Notes: generated from the sequence alone by a model not told the origin. 64,000 bases of DNA from Oikopleura dioica (GCA_907165135.1 OU015568.1:7750001-7814000); one strand, 5' to 3'; counted from the first letter of the stretch, positions 44,015 through 57,702 are shown. Made by a program: numbers and translations.

Positions 44015-47000
44015 TTAGCAGTAGAGGAGGATTTTTCGTTCGATTCGTTTTCGGCAAATTGGGCAATCAGAGCATCTAAAAAATATTAACCATGGATATG
44101 CAGATAATGTCTTACCGATCGCCACACATTTGGCAGCTCCCGTGGCCACATAAGAACACCATGTTCATGACGTTATCCAGGCAGATGACGCAGATGACGC
44201 GGTCCCGCAGCTCTTGGTATTTTCCCTGGAGAGTACGGAGAGCCAAGTCGGTGTTTGTTGAGCCTTTAGGGTTGTTTTTCGTGATGCTGAGCGTCTTGAT
44301 ATTTTGGGCAAGCGATGAATTGTTGATTTCTGAAGAAGGAACTTTAATTGCATGTTTCATTGGTTCGAAAAATACCTTGAAGAGATGAGTTATCAGTGCT
44401 GGAGAAAATGGAAGTTTTGGACATGATAGGAATTCTACATTTGATGCAGCTCTTGGGCGTCGAGGAGCACGGTTGACACAGAAGCACATGTAAGCAGGGC
44501 GTGAATTGAATGGTAGGCGGCGTTTCTTCGCACAGATAGCACAGTTTCGGAATGGTGATCTTGTCATCCACCAGTTCCTTGCAGACCATGCATTTTTGAT
44601 CCTAGGACTGCAGGTGGTGCAGCAGAACATGTGATTACAAGGGAGCATGATCACGTCGATTTGGTTCTCTGTGCAGACCTCGCAGAACTTCATCTGGGAG
44701 TGGTTGTTCAGCTGTGTAGCTGAAATCGCGTTATTAGACGTTTTTCGCAGCGGCTTTTCTTGCTTCGCGTATTTTTGATGAGCACGCTCAAGAATCCGCT
44801 AAAATAGTAGCATGAGGAAAAAGTTAAATAAACGCTTGAACCTTTAGCTTAAAAGTCTCTTTCGAATTCGGATCGCTGCAGAGATCCAGTGGTGATTTTC
44901 CGCTTTCGTTTCTTATCGATATGTCCGCTCCGTGCGTGATCGCTAGTTGAACAAGGGATCCGATAGAACTAACGAGGGTAGAAGTACGAGAGGAACTAGA
45001 GTCGTTCTCGACGAGAGAGATGAGATTATGCAACATTGTGTTGCCCTTGAGATCTTTAAAGTTGACCCAGTTATCTTCGTAGAGCGTCGATTTCTTCAGC
45101 AGAATTCGGAGCGAGGCGAAGTTGGCGCGGGAGGATGTGATATGAAGGGCGGTTTCGCGGGCGCGCTCGGAGGCGATAGTGGGATTTGCACCAGCGATGA
45201 GAAGGATTTCAAGACATTCTTCATTCGGCTAATAAAATTTTTTGTCAAAAGATACGACAAGATCTCGGTTACCTGCATGGATGCATAATGAATCGCAGTT
45301 TGACCAGAGTCACAGACTTCGTCGAGAATCCAAACTCTTAAAAATATACTCTAAGAAAACCATAAGATAGAGATAACTTCTATCGTTCCACATTTTAAAA
45401 TACCGGTATTTCGCTAGCAAGTGATTAAGAAAAACTACAAATCTGTCAATCCTCTGATTGTCGGTGAAGAATACCTAGTCTCGTTCGGATGATGCTTCTC
45501 TCAAAAAACCATAAGGTCACATGTCAGCAGATAAACCGCACATATGAAAACCATTCAATAATTAGCTAAGGATGCACAACTTTTATTGCTTGGACCCGAA
45601 AACCCTTGAAAAACTTGGGAAATGTGGACTTGGTGAACAATCCCTGAAGCTACTAGAAATTCTAGTCGCCCCTCTTCACTCCTGAGGGAGTATATTTTGA
45701 CGCGCTTTTTTTAAGGTGGTGGAAGTTTTCTAGCCCACTTCCGCCATACCGACCCTGGAACACCATACCTTTTCTGAATCAGCAGAAAATTTTACACACT
45801 TTGACCCATTAAAATTCTAGAAATCTCCACTTCCGGTCGATTCTAGAGCCGGAAGTCATCGAAATTCGGGAGAACGGGCAACTTTTGGCCTATCAAATTG
45901 ATTCTCAGAAGATTCCCTATCAATGGGCTATCATCTAAGAGAAGAACCAATCCCGGCCACGATCAAATCAACCGCTAAAAACTGAAAAAAAATTCATAAA
46001 TTTATGCTTTTTTCGTTGTTTTGACGGTCGGTTAGACCGCGGTCGGATTTGTTTCTTTGGATGAATCGATAATGAGATGATTCAGAATCTTCTAAGCATC
46101 AATTTGATGGGTCACACTTTATACATATTCGAAAATTTCGTCAACTTCCGGCTCTAGAATCGACCGGAAGTGAAGATTTCTAGAATATTAATGGGTCAAA
46201 ATTCTTGAAATTTTCTGCTGATTCAGATAAGGTATGGTGTTCCAGGGTCGGTATGGCGGAAGTGGGCTAGAAAACTTCCACCACCTTAAAAAAAGCGCGT
46301 CTTTACCAAAGAAACAAATTTATCTCAAACTTACCGACTAGCAAGGTCGAATTTCTCATCTAGCAGAACTTGAAGCGCACCGATCGAGCCCTTCTGCGCC
46401 GCCAAATGGAAAACATTCATTCCATCCGAGTCTTTTACAGCCGGATCTGCCCCGTTCATCATCAGAATCGAAACTAGATCATCTCTGTGACCAACAACAG
46501 CGTAATGAAGCGGACTTGATCCTTGAGCATCTCGTAAGCTCGGAGCTGCACCACATTCAAGTAGTTTTCTTACTACTGCAACGCTTTCTCGAATCACACT
46601 CAGATGCAGGGCCGTCTGACCATTCCAGTTCCGCGAGTTGATTTCAAAGCCACAATCGAGTATCTTCGGAATTCCACCTTCGCTAGCTCCGTAGACAGCG
46701 TAGTGCAAGGGGCCATCTCCAGCCGAATCAGTTGTATTTCTTCCTCCCGAAATCTTCTTTTGAAAGAACTCAATTGCTTCTGAATGGCCAACATACGCGG
46801 CAAACAGTAACGGGTTCTGCCCAAAGATTTGATCGAAAAAGACAGATGAAGGATTCCCAAAATTCAATCGCTCGACTGAAGGTAGCGGCTTGTCCATAAT
46901 CATAGCGTCCCAGTGGGAAAGATCTTGAACCGGAGGATCTTGGCCGGAGCCCGCAGCACTTCGAGAAAGAAGATTAGCGCTTTCATTGAGAAAATACATC

Positions 47001-48288
47001 TGCAGTTTGTCACAAACAACCCGTGCACTTTCAGATCCCTTGAAATTAGCGATGAACTCGAGTACAAGTGGGTTAAAAACGAATTCTTTTGTTCCCACTT
47101 GAACCTTTACGTCCTTATCGGGGAAGATTTCCGACACTTTCCCGATCTTTCCGAGAAGCTTCGACATCTGATCCGTCCATTCGCCGTGGCCTTTTTGGAG
47201 CAGCTTAACTTTGACAGGATCAGGGCTGATTTTGACCAGATCATCTTTGACAAATTTAACTGGAACAGGAGAGGATGACATCGCCGCATCAGCATTTAGA
47301 ATGACGTCTGATCGAGGTGGTGTGTTTTTCTTTGTCAGAACGGCGGGGTTGAATGTCCACTGATTTCTTGAGTTGGCATATTGCACAAGGATGTCAGAGT
47401 CCTCGTCGATTCCGACCACGCGTCCTTCCGCACCGAGACATTCTGACATTGCATCAGTCCAGCCCCCGTGCCCGTGCTGCAAACTCTGGACAATTTCTGG
47501 TGCTAGCATTACCGTAACAAGATCGCCAATTGAAAACGTATTTATCGGTCTTGCCGGATTTGTTTCGCCGAGCGCCGGCAAATGATCGCGATAATATGAG
47601 GGCCCTTTTCCATCAGAGACGCATTTCAAATCCGACATGCCATTGTAGCATATTCGGTAAAGATTGCGCTCGCCGGTGTCCCAAAGGACATAAGCGCCTG
47701 ACTGCGGACTTGAAGGATTCCAATTTTGAATTTCGGTGATTTTTCCTTTTCTGCCCTTGCCGCCGTCCTGATCTTCCCATTGCCAATCGAAGCCTCGCAC
47801 GACACGCGCCCCGGGCAAGAGGCCACGTGTCGGAATGCGCTTGCACTTTCGCCGTGCTTCAACAAGTCGCCGAGGAGCATCACTTGTGCAGATTCGGTAG
47901 AATCGATGCCTAAGGTGGTGTTTATCGCCGTGATAACAAGTCGAACACAGATCGTAATTATGACAATCCGCACATTTCCAACGAATGCCACAAATTGGCT
48001 GTTGCCGGCATGTATCGCACATAGCCTCGGAATGCTGAATTCCTGCTGGAGCAGAGTCATAAACCCTGAATAACTTTATTAGAAAATTGATTCGATTACA
48101 GTAGGCTACCTCAGATCAAATTGACCGCAGCATCGATAATTGGCTGCAGTGCCATTGTCCCAGACAATGACGACTTCTTCATTGCTCTCGAAACTGCGAA
48201 CAGTGCCAAGATGACCGTCGCCCGAGTCTTGGCGACCCCACTTCCAGTCACGGCCTCGGCACACACGGGCTCCCACGAATATGTTCAT
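44015..48288 (-). CDS. MIB1: Mind bomb E3 ubiquitin ligase (Mib-HERC2, ZZ, Mib repeats, ankyrins, 3 RINGs)
   Basis: [33 protein letters not shown]-terminal [15 protein letters not shown]; one apparent 1-nt deletion at 44593-44597. Confidence 0.96.
45715..46285. mobile_element. Long-TIR non-autonomous element in a MIB1 intron, flanked by TTAA (Kolobok-like), or 45699-46301 if the outer arms are part of the TIR
   Basis: TIRs of about 155 bp starting GGTGGTGGAAGTTTTCTAG; TTAA at 45711-45714 and 46286-46289. Confidence 0.8.
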
Positions 48289-48548
48289 TTCTCATGTCTG
48301 AAATATAAATACTATAATTATGAAAGCTACAAGGTCAATCGGACATCTTTAAACCCATAACCCGGCAATCTAATGATTATACATGGCGATTATTAATTTG
48401 TGTCAGGGCCTCTGAGAGTTACGTGACTGATAACCAAATATGAAGGATTCAAGATTTCGGTTCCCACCTACCCAAAGACCTCACGTTAAAGCGTGAGGTC
48501 TTTCTGTAAAAAAAACAAAACTAAAGCTTTTCCAAAAGTTTAATCCAA

Positions 48549-50664
48549 TTAATCCAACTTGGCAGCTTTTTTCGACTTTTTAGCTTCAGCTTTCTTTGCC
48601 GCATCAATCTTCGCCCTCTTATTCGTCAACTTCTCGATGCGTCCTCTGTCCTTTCGCTCCGATTTCTCGATACGTTCCAAAAGTCTCTTTCGCTTTTTAC
48701 TCGTCTGTGCGGCGCGCGCTAATTTATTTTTCTCTGCTTCGATCACGTCCTCTTTGGGTTCTTGTTTATCCCGCCCGGCAGCCTTTACGTCTCGCTTTTT
48801 GAACTCTTTCGGCTTATCTTCCTTCTTTTCTTCAATAGCAACCTATTAATCTTTATCATTCTCTGTCGTGTTTATTTTTATCGTACCTTTGCCATCTTCT
48901 TCGCTGGAGGCTCCTCGGCTTCTTCCGTTTCCTCTTCTTCCTCTTCCTCCTCGAGGTCCTCAGCTTCGTCGTCACTCTCTTCATCAACCTCTTCGTCCGA
49001 GTCTTTGCCAATGCCTGGATCTTCTCCTCGCGCCTTTGACTGGAGAACCTCCATATCTGGTGGAACGTACTGACCCTCTTTGACAAATGGACTCAAATGA
49101 GGTGGAAGTTCTTAAATTTTAAATGAAACTCGGGCTGATCAGAATCGAAAAACAGCTTTTTGTAATATTACTGATGCAAACATATTAATTATTCAAGTGG
49201 AGATGTTACTTACCAGCTCCAGGGACGTAGTCATTAGTTGGCATCAATCCACCAAAGTTCACAGAGTCGAAGACCCACTGCGGCTGGACGGCCTGTCGTC
49301 CAAGTTTTTGGGGAGCTGTGGGTCGATCAATGACCAAATGTGTCACGCAATCATCGTCAAGTTTGAAAGAAGCGCCTGGGTAGAGCTCGCTGTCCCAAGA
49401 AACTTCAGCGCCAAGTGATCGGAGGAGGAAGGCAAGAGGAGCTCGAGGGCACTCGCGGGAAATGAACACTTTGCAACCCTTGAAAATGAAATGAAGATAT
49501 GCACGAGAATTTCATCGAGGCGTACCTTGAAGATATTTTTCTGTGATCGCTGGGTTTTTTCCTGCTCAATGGCTTTCTGGAGTCCTTCGTCGCCAGTTGC
49601 CGCTGCCAGCTCGTCAATATCATCTTCACTCTCTTCGATGGCCTTACTGAATATCCGAGATTAAAACAACTTTTGAATCGGACATCTTACCTTTTTCTTA
49701 GTTCGAGGGTCAGTGATTCCAAATCACTTTGTTGACGCTTTACATATTCATCGTCATCGTAGTCTTTCTGTCCGATGGGTGGGTACTTCAAGTTGTCCTC
49801 TGTGTAAAGTTTGAAAAGGATGAAAGAGGCGACGTTGGCATAGAACTCGGTGAATGTTCGCATGACCTTGTAATCGACATCCTCGTTGTGTTCCTGGGCG
49901 AACTCGTGAGCAACGAGCCAGGTGATGGTTTCGCCCTTGAGCTCGACTTGGTAGTAGTAGCCTTTGATGGAGACGAAAACTTTGCGAATGCACTGTGCGT
50001 GAATGCAAAAGTTCATCCATTCAAAGGCGATTCGACGGCAGTTTGCAACAAGTTCTATTAAAGACTGTTAAAATCAGTTGTTGGAATCGAATCCTTACCG
50101 GCATGGACAGTAGAGCTCTTCGGGATCCTTGCAAACATAAAGATCATGGTCAGGGCATCGTCCATGTCCCTCAAAGCATCGTTAAATGTCGGATATCGCT
50201 CCAGAACAATGTGATCCATATTGTACAAGGGGCGCTGGTCTCGAACTTGGTCGGCTTTTTTCCAGTCTCTTCGGCCCTCGGCTTTCTTCAACTTTTTCAA
50301 AAAGACTTTGTGCGCTCGGAATTTTTCAATCAGCGGCTGAATAGTGAAAAGTGAGTCTTTTAATAGCAGTTGAAGAATGGTACCTCATGGAGAAGGAACT
50401 GGATATCTTTGGTGTAGTAGTAAGTCCGATTGCTGGCAGCTCCCTTTCCTGCCTTCTTTCTGCTTTTAGGCTCTCTCGGATAAATACCCTTGAGGATGCA
50501 CAATCGTCGGAAATCAGCGAGCGAGAGCTAAAAGTCGGAATCAACGAAGAGAACAGCCAAGAAAATCCCACCTGAAGCTTCTTTCTAGCGTTCTTGCGGG
50601 AGATGTACGCGGTGGCCTCTCCCGCCGTGTACTTTTTCTTCATGCCATGCTTTTTGTACACCAT
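48549..50664 (-). CDS. PES1: Pescadillo ribosomal biogenesis factor
   Basis: [23 protein letters not shown]|[36 protein letters not shown] domain ([17 protein letters not shown]), acidic tail. Confidence 0.96.
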
Positions 50665-50830
50665 TCTATCAACAAAAGTATATATAAAAACGGCAGATAT
50701 ATCAATTTATTTTTTATAAATAAGTTAGAACAAGATTGGAGTTGAAGAAGATGAAATCGTGTGTGTGTGTTTTTTGATCATTTTTTGGTTTGAACAGAAA
50801 TTGAACTGGATTATAGAGACAGGGTGACAA

Positions 50831-52113
50831 TTAAGCTACTTTATTCTTCCCCGAAATCAACGGGGAAACTGGGATTTTACAATTAGGGGACATGTTCGTA
50901 ATCTCTTGAACTAGCGTTTCTATCTGGCCGGAAGATCGTGTCTTCCATCGGTTGGCGCCATTTTTCGTCATGATCTTTGGCAACCCGAGGAGCTTGAGCT
51001 TCCCGTCGAGGTACGAGTTTGCCTCCATTTTCTTGAACACAAAAGTCGGCTTTGCCTGGGGCGAGTGGTCGCCGATGTAAGACGCTTTTTCGGATATTTC
51101 AAGCCATTCGTACTCAGTCTTTCCCATGTAAGTCGGGAAGGTTGTCTTAAAAAATAGTTCGATAAGGAATAAACAAAGTGACTACCTGATGAATTACCAT
51201 AAGAATTTTTTGGCCGAAAAAAATTTTTTTGAGATAATGGCATATTCTGAAAGCCCATAAAAAATTAGACAGAATCACCAAATTCTAGGGCCATGTGACG
51301 TCATTATGACGTCATCCGGCTCATTTGAAAATTTTATCTTTGGAACGCTTTTTAGAGCCAAAAACGTTTTTGAATCCTTATTTTCTCGGCGGATTCGGAT
51401 TCCTCGTGAAAAAATACGTGGGGACCCGGGCTCAAACCATCATTACCAACCGGTTCTAGTGTCCGGTAATTTTCGAAACCGGTCGGTTCGAAAAATTAAC
51501 CTCGGGTCCCCACGTAATTTTTCCTGCCTAACAACATGCTATAGGCAGAAAAATATATTTCAAACGATAACCGTCTCAAAAAGCGTTCCAAAGTTTCATG
51601 AATTTGGAGCCTTTTCGGACATTTATTAATCATAAATGACGTCATAATGACGTCATTGAGCCCTAGAAATTTGGGGATCGACTAATTTTGACTTGGGCTT
51701 TCAGAATATGCCATTATCTCAAAAAATTTTTTTTCGGCCAAAAAATTGTTATGGTAATTCATCACCTGAAGATTTCTACTCCACATCCAGCAGGTCTTGC
51801 CCTCTCTGTTGATAATCGTATCTTCGACGACATTAGTGACTTTTGGATACGAAATATTGAACGGGGCCAGGATCGTTTCCAAGAACTTTGCCGAGCCAAG
51901 AGGCTTCTGGATGATTTTTCTTTGGTGGAGACTTCCATCCTCCAAGATTTTCACAAAAACCGAATCTTTGAAAATCGGCGCTCTATCGCCTTCTTGTGGG
52001 ATTCGAGTGCTCAGGCCGCTCATAATCGAGGGCCATTTGAAGTCCAACTTGCCCTCGAAGTAGCTCGTCTCTCTACTTGACGGGCGGGGACTCTTCGATT
52101 TCGAATTCATCAT
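50831..52113 (-). CDS. PRELI/MSF1-domain lipid-transfer protein, paralogue A
   Basis: KW..DSVFVKILEDGSLHQRKII..VVEDTIINRE..WSRNLQ|TTFPTY..WLEISEKA..KNGA fits the PRELI pattern; single intron 51148-51765 contains a MITE. Confidence 0.7.
51188..51763. mobile_element. TIR element of 576 bp inserted at the splice donor of PRELI-A
   Basis: TIRs of about 125 bp starting GATGAATTACCATAA; ACCT (AGGT on the gene strand) duplicated at 51184-51187 and 51764-51767. Confidence 0.88.
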
Positions 52114-52475
52114 TCTAGTTGAAAAATGAAAAATACAAAAATCAGGTACTTGATAAGTTGAAGCTTGATAAATTCAGAAATTGAACAAGAAGGAAATGTT
52201 AATTAATTAAATTAAATATATAACAGTACGACACACGAGTAGTCAGATAGAAAGATTGCATTTTTAGAATATCATTTTTGAGGAAAGAGAAAAATAGCGA
52301 AGACGGAATTTCGCGGTTAGATTCATTATTTGGTCAGCAAATGGATAATTCGATGATGCCCAAAGAAAGGGTTGAGGTGAAAAGGGGGAAAACGAAAGAT
52401 GAAAGGTAGCTGTTTCAGTGTTTGTGAACTTGAAAACTTGTAGTGTTGAACTAGAAGGGAAGAAGCTGCGTGGCA

Positions 52476-53267
52476 CTAGTTTTTCTCCCTGTTTTTCTGA
52501 AGACCTTTGGTGAGAATTTCCTCCAAGGGAGGACTACTCGCGTCAATCTGCCGCTGAGTTTCGTCGACAAGCCGGTCTATTTGGCCGCCAGAGCGTTGTG
52601 TCCATCTTGTCGCGCCCTTGTTCGTCATTGACTTTTGCAAACCAAGCCAGCCCATTCTCCCTGTTAGATAGCTCTGCGCAAGACATTTCTTGTAGTAAAA
52701 CGTCTTTGGAAATAGGGAGAGATAGGTAGCGCGCTCAGAGAGCTCGAGCCATTGGTATTCTGGGTAGCCGAGATATTCCGGCTTCGCGGATTTCAAATTT
52801 CGACTCCATTGCCAAGACGTCTTTGTTTTCGGACAGACGACAGATTCTTCAAGAACATTGGTGGTTGTTGGAAGACTAATGCCAAAAGGAGCGAGAAATG
52901 GCTCCAAGAATTTCGCAGAACCTGAAATTGAAGGTCGATAGGAGGATACTTTGAATGAGGCATTTACCGAGAGGCTTTTGAATGAGTTTTCTGGTAAAAA
53001 GAGATCCATCGTGGAGAATTTCTGTTGAAAGAACATCTTCGAAGAGAATGTCGTTTTGCTGGGAAAGCGAATTCTGGGGTCGATAAGGAGCACGATTTCC
53101 AATGTTCAGCCCTCGAAGAGTTTCTTCCCAAGAGAAATTAAGGCTGCCTTCAATTTCTCTGTGAAAAGGGTTCAATAATAATTTCTTATCTCATTTTTAT
53201 AGAAAAATGACGAGTTTAGTTGCAAATTATTGAACAATTTCCTGAATTCTTTACTGGTCGGTTCCAT
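52476..53267 (-). CDS. PRELI/MSF1-domain protein, paralogue B
   Basis: FSWEE..EDVLSTEILHDGSLFTRKLIQKPLG|SAKF..NVLEESVVCPKTKTSWQWSRNL..WLELSERA; colinear with paralogue A. Confidence 0.72.
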
Positions 53268-53606
53268 CTTCTCGATTTATTCCAATCACAAATCTTCTCT
53301 TTTCGAGTTTCTTTGAGACCCGTTTTCTTCTCCACCAAATCTGAAATCTCTTGAGAAAAAAATGGCCTCCGCCCACGCGCCCGCCAAATAAGGGAATGGC
53401 ACGCGTGGGTTAGCACAGAATTTGGTGTTTTTTGCGTCCGTCTCTAGATCTCCGCAAAACCGATTTTTTCTGTTTTCGATCCAGTCGAGGAGAAAAATCT
53501 TATTTTTCTTTTGCCTGCCTCCTCGATTTTCGCGAAATTTCGTCATTCAGAGCCTTCGAGAAAATTCTAGAGACTCTCTTCCTAATTTAACAATTTTTAC
53601 TTTAGA

Positions 53607-56156
53607 ATGGCGACAGGCCTGGATGATCTGGGAGTCTTCTGCTCGGATCCTCTTGGAGGACCTAATGTCCCCGCCGGAGCTGGTGGAGACTACACCCAGA
53701 TGAAGACCCGTTTCAGGGAGTTTCTTCGTGAATACAGAACTACTGATGGCTCATTCATCTACAGAGATGGTATTAAACGCGCGGTTGATACGAATACGAA
53801 CTTTATCGTTGTTAATCTTGGCCACATGACAGGTAAAACGATTCTTTTCAGATGTGGAACTTACTGTTTCGTTAGGATTTGACCCATCGCTGGCAGAAAC
53901 TATGACAAAGCGCCCCTCCCAGGCTTTTGAGATGCTTGAAGAAGCAGCTAAACTTGTTGCAGATGAACTCACCCGACCTCGGCAAGACAATGAGCCGATC
54001 GACGATGACTTCCAAGTGCAGCTTATTTCCGGAGCCGAGCCCCGTTCGATCAGAGAGCTGTCCGCTTTAGACGTTGGAAAACTAGTCAAAATTCCAGGCA
54101 TTGCCGTTTCCTCTTCACAAGTCAAAGCAAAGGTAAGGTTTTCTTCATTGATTTCAATCTCACTTGAGTCTTTTCTTCAGGCTTCAATCCTGTCCCTCCG
54201 CTGCAGAAGCTGTCAGCACACAAAATCCAACATTCGAATCAAGCCCGGTCTTGAAGGATACGTTCTGCCACGAAAATGCGAGGCCGAAGCTTCAGCATCA
54301 CGAGATCCCTGCCCACTTGATCCTTATATTCTTGTACCAGAGCTTTGCAAATGCAGAGACTTTCAAAATGTTAAAATGCAGGAGTCCCCTGATTCCATTC
54401 CTACAGGTAAAACACGAAAAAAGACTTCATTTATTAACATTTTTCTAGCTGAAATGCCAAGACATGTGGGTCTTTACATGGAGCGCGAGCTTGTTGACCG
54501 CGTTGTCCCAGGAAATCGAATTGAGATAACTGGAATCTATCAAATCCGAAGGCAACAAGTTCAAGGACCAAGAGGCCGGGATAAGAAAACTGCCGGTGGA
54601 GTTGGTATCAGACAGTCGTACATAAGAGTGCTTGGAGTTGAAGTGGAATCGAACGGGCCAGGAAGAGCTGGAAGTGATAGAAATCGATTTACAGAAGAAG
54701 AGGTAATTTTGCTTTTTGGACAGATCTTAACGTCTTTGATTTCAGGAAGAAACACTGAGAGAGCTCGCATTGAAGCCGAAAATCTACGATATAATCGCCA
54801 AATCTATCGCTCCGTCGATTTACGGTTGTGAAGATATCAAACGATCAGTCGCTTGCCTCCTCTTCGGTGGCTCGCGAAAAGTACTTCCTGATGGAAACAG
54901 AAGAGGTGATATCAACGTTTTGATGCTTGGTGATCCTGGTACTGCGAAATCGCAGCTGCTCAAGTTTGCTGAGCGATGTGCACCTGTTGGTGTTTATACA
55001 TCTGGAAAGGGATCTTCTGCTGCTGGTTTGACGGCGGCGGTAGTGAGAGATCAACACAGAGGATTCGCCCTCGAAGCCGGAGCGATGGTCCTCGCTGATG
55101 GAGGTCTAGTGTGCATTGATGAGTTCGACAAAATGAGACCAGAAGACAGAGTTGCTATCCACGAAGCCATGGAGCAGCAGACCATTTCCATCGCCAAAGC
55201 TGGATTGACAACTACCCTCAATACGAGATGCTCAGTTCTAGCAGCGGCGAACTCTGTTTTTGGAAGATGGGACGATACAAAGGGAGAGGATAATATCGAC
55301 TTCTTGCCGACAATTCTCTCACGATTTGATATGATTTACGTCGTCAAAGGTGGATCAAATGATATTTGATGACAATTTGACATTTTTAGATATCCACGAC
55401 GCAACCCGAGATGCTACTCTAGCTAAATACGTTATGAATGTTCATACAGGAGCAGCGAACCGAGAAGCGGGAGAGGACGAGATTGACATGCCAACTCTGA
55501 AAAAGTGGGTATAAAACGATATTTTAGTGGTTCTCATCCTTGATTTCAGGTATATTCAATATGCGAGACAGACTTGTGGACCGAGATTGAATGGAGAAGC
55601 TACCAAAAAGCTCCAAAATCAGGTAAAACAAACTTCCCGAGTTCGGAGCGCTAATAATTTTTCAGTACGTTCTTATGCGTCAAACAATGACGGAAGGCGA
55701 ACGCGCTACTGGCAAAAAGGGAGCCATTCCAATGACAGTTCGTCAGCTTGAAGCCCTCATTCGAATCGCCGAATCACTCGCAAAAATGAGGCTTGCACCG
55801 TTCGCCACTGGAGCCGACGTTGATGAGGCTCTACGACTCTTTAGGACTTCAACAATGGCGTCTGCTTCGGCCGGAGCTTTGTCTGGAGTTGAGGGATACG
55901 AAACCGCTGCCGATGCAGAAGATTTGAACAGAATCGAGCGACAGATCAAGAGACGCTTCCTTATTGGCTCTCAGGTAGCATTTCAAGATATCTTCAGGCA
56001 TTGACGTTCTCTTAGGTCTCTGAAAAATCAATCATGAGCGACTTGACAACTCAGAACTACCCCGAGCGCTCAGTACACAAAGTCCTGCAGATCATGATTC
56101 GACGAGGCGAAGTCCAGCATCGAATGCAGCGACGCATGCTCTACCGCGTCAAATAG
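53607..56156 (+). CDS. MCM5: DNA replication licensing factor MCM5
   Basis: [66 protein letters not shown], terminal QRRMLYRVK. Confidence 0.96.
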
Positions 56157-56318
56157 AAATGTAACTGCCTCTGAATTTCTCCTGACAAATGTTCAAGCAC
56201 GCACTTCCACTTATATGAACAATTTATCTCACTGCCTCTTATCACGACTAGAATAATCACAACTTTCCAATACATGTTCTTGAGGACAACAATTTCTTAT
56301 CAAATCTGACTTGTAAGA

Positions 56319-57606
56319 ATGGCTGAAAAGGTAAGTGAAGCAGGTGACTCAGCTGTGAAGCCGACTGCTTTGCTTGTTATGGGAATGGCAGGGTCGGGGA
56401 AAACGACTTTTGTTCAACGATTGACGGCGGAGTTGCAAATGGCTAATATTGAACGACCCCCTTATGTTCTGAACCTTGATCCAGCTGTAGCAGATCTTCA
56501 ATATCCAGTAAGATGTTTTGAAAAGTTTCTTTACCAAAAACTCCCAGGCAAATATTGATATCCGAGATACAGTCAACTACAAGGAAGTAATGACGCAATA
56601 CGGACTTGGGCCAAATGGAGCGATTATGACTTCGCTGAACCTCTTTTCAACAAAATTTGATCAAGTCTTGAGCTTGATCGAGAAAAGATCACCCGATCAT
56701 GACCATGTCATCTTTGATACTCCAGGACAGATTGAAGTTTTCACCTGGTCAGCTTCCGGATCAATCATCACTGAAACGTTGGCTTCGACCATTCCTACTG
56801 TAAGTCGACTACCAGAGATGCTAATATTCACTCTTCGTTCATGCAGGTAATTTTATACGTGATGGATGTCGCCAAATGCACATCGCCAGTAACGTTTATG
56901 AGCAACATGATGTACGCCTGTTCCATCCTTTACAAAACGGAACTCCCTTTCGTCATCGTGCTCAACAAATCAGATATCGTTAATCATGCTTTTGCCATCG
57001 AATGGATGCGAGACTACGAGACCTTTATCGACGCTGTCAACCGTACGAACTATTCTTCTCTAATCTGATCTAACTAAAGATTAAGAGGAAGAAAGCTACA
57101 TCTCCAATCTTTCCAGATCTTTGAGCCTCGTTCTTGATGACTTTTACTGCGATCTTCGGGCAGTAGGATTTTCATCTGTGACGGGAATGGGAATGACGGA
57201 CCTGATGGAAAAGATTACTGACGCGAGAAAGGAATATTTTGAAGAGTTTCTTCCAGAATTAGAACGAAAACGAGAGAAGGCAAGGCAGCGTGAAGAACAG
57301 CGAAAAGCAGAGGACCTCCAGCGTTTGAAAGATGACTTGGTACGAAGTTGTTTTTCTCTAGAAAAAGTGCTCATTCATCATGTTTAGACTCCATCGGCCT
57401 CGCGCTACAGCTCAACTCGAAGCTCAAAAGCAGCGTCAAGGAAATCAAGCCCTCCGCGAGGGATGATCCCGCCAAGCGAGCTTTTGGAGTACAGAGATCA
57501 GAATGAAATCCCAGGAACTTCGAGTGGACCGAGCACGCGGGAAAAGCTAGAAGATGAGAGTTTTGAAAAGTGGATCAAGGAGACGAGAGCGCAGAGAAAT
57601 AAATAA
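56319..57606 (+). CDS. GPN1: GPN-loop GTPase 1
   Basis: [64 protein letters not shown]. Confidence 0.95.
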
Positions 57607-57702
57607 TAAGAACGACTCCTGCCGAAATATTATAACTTGTAAAATTGACGACTGATACACTGCTATTTTAAATGACATTTTTCTCATGAAGAAATTTTAG
57701 AC

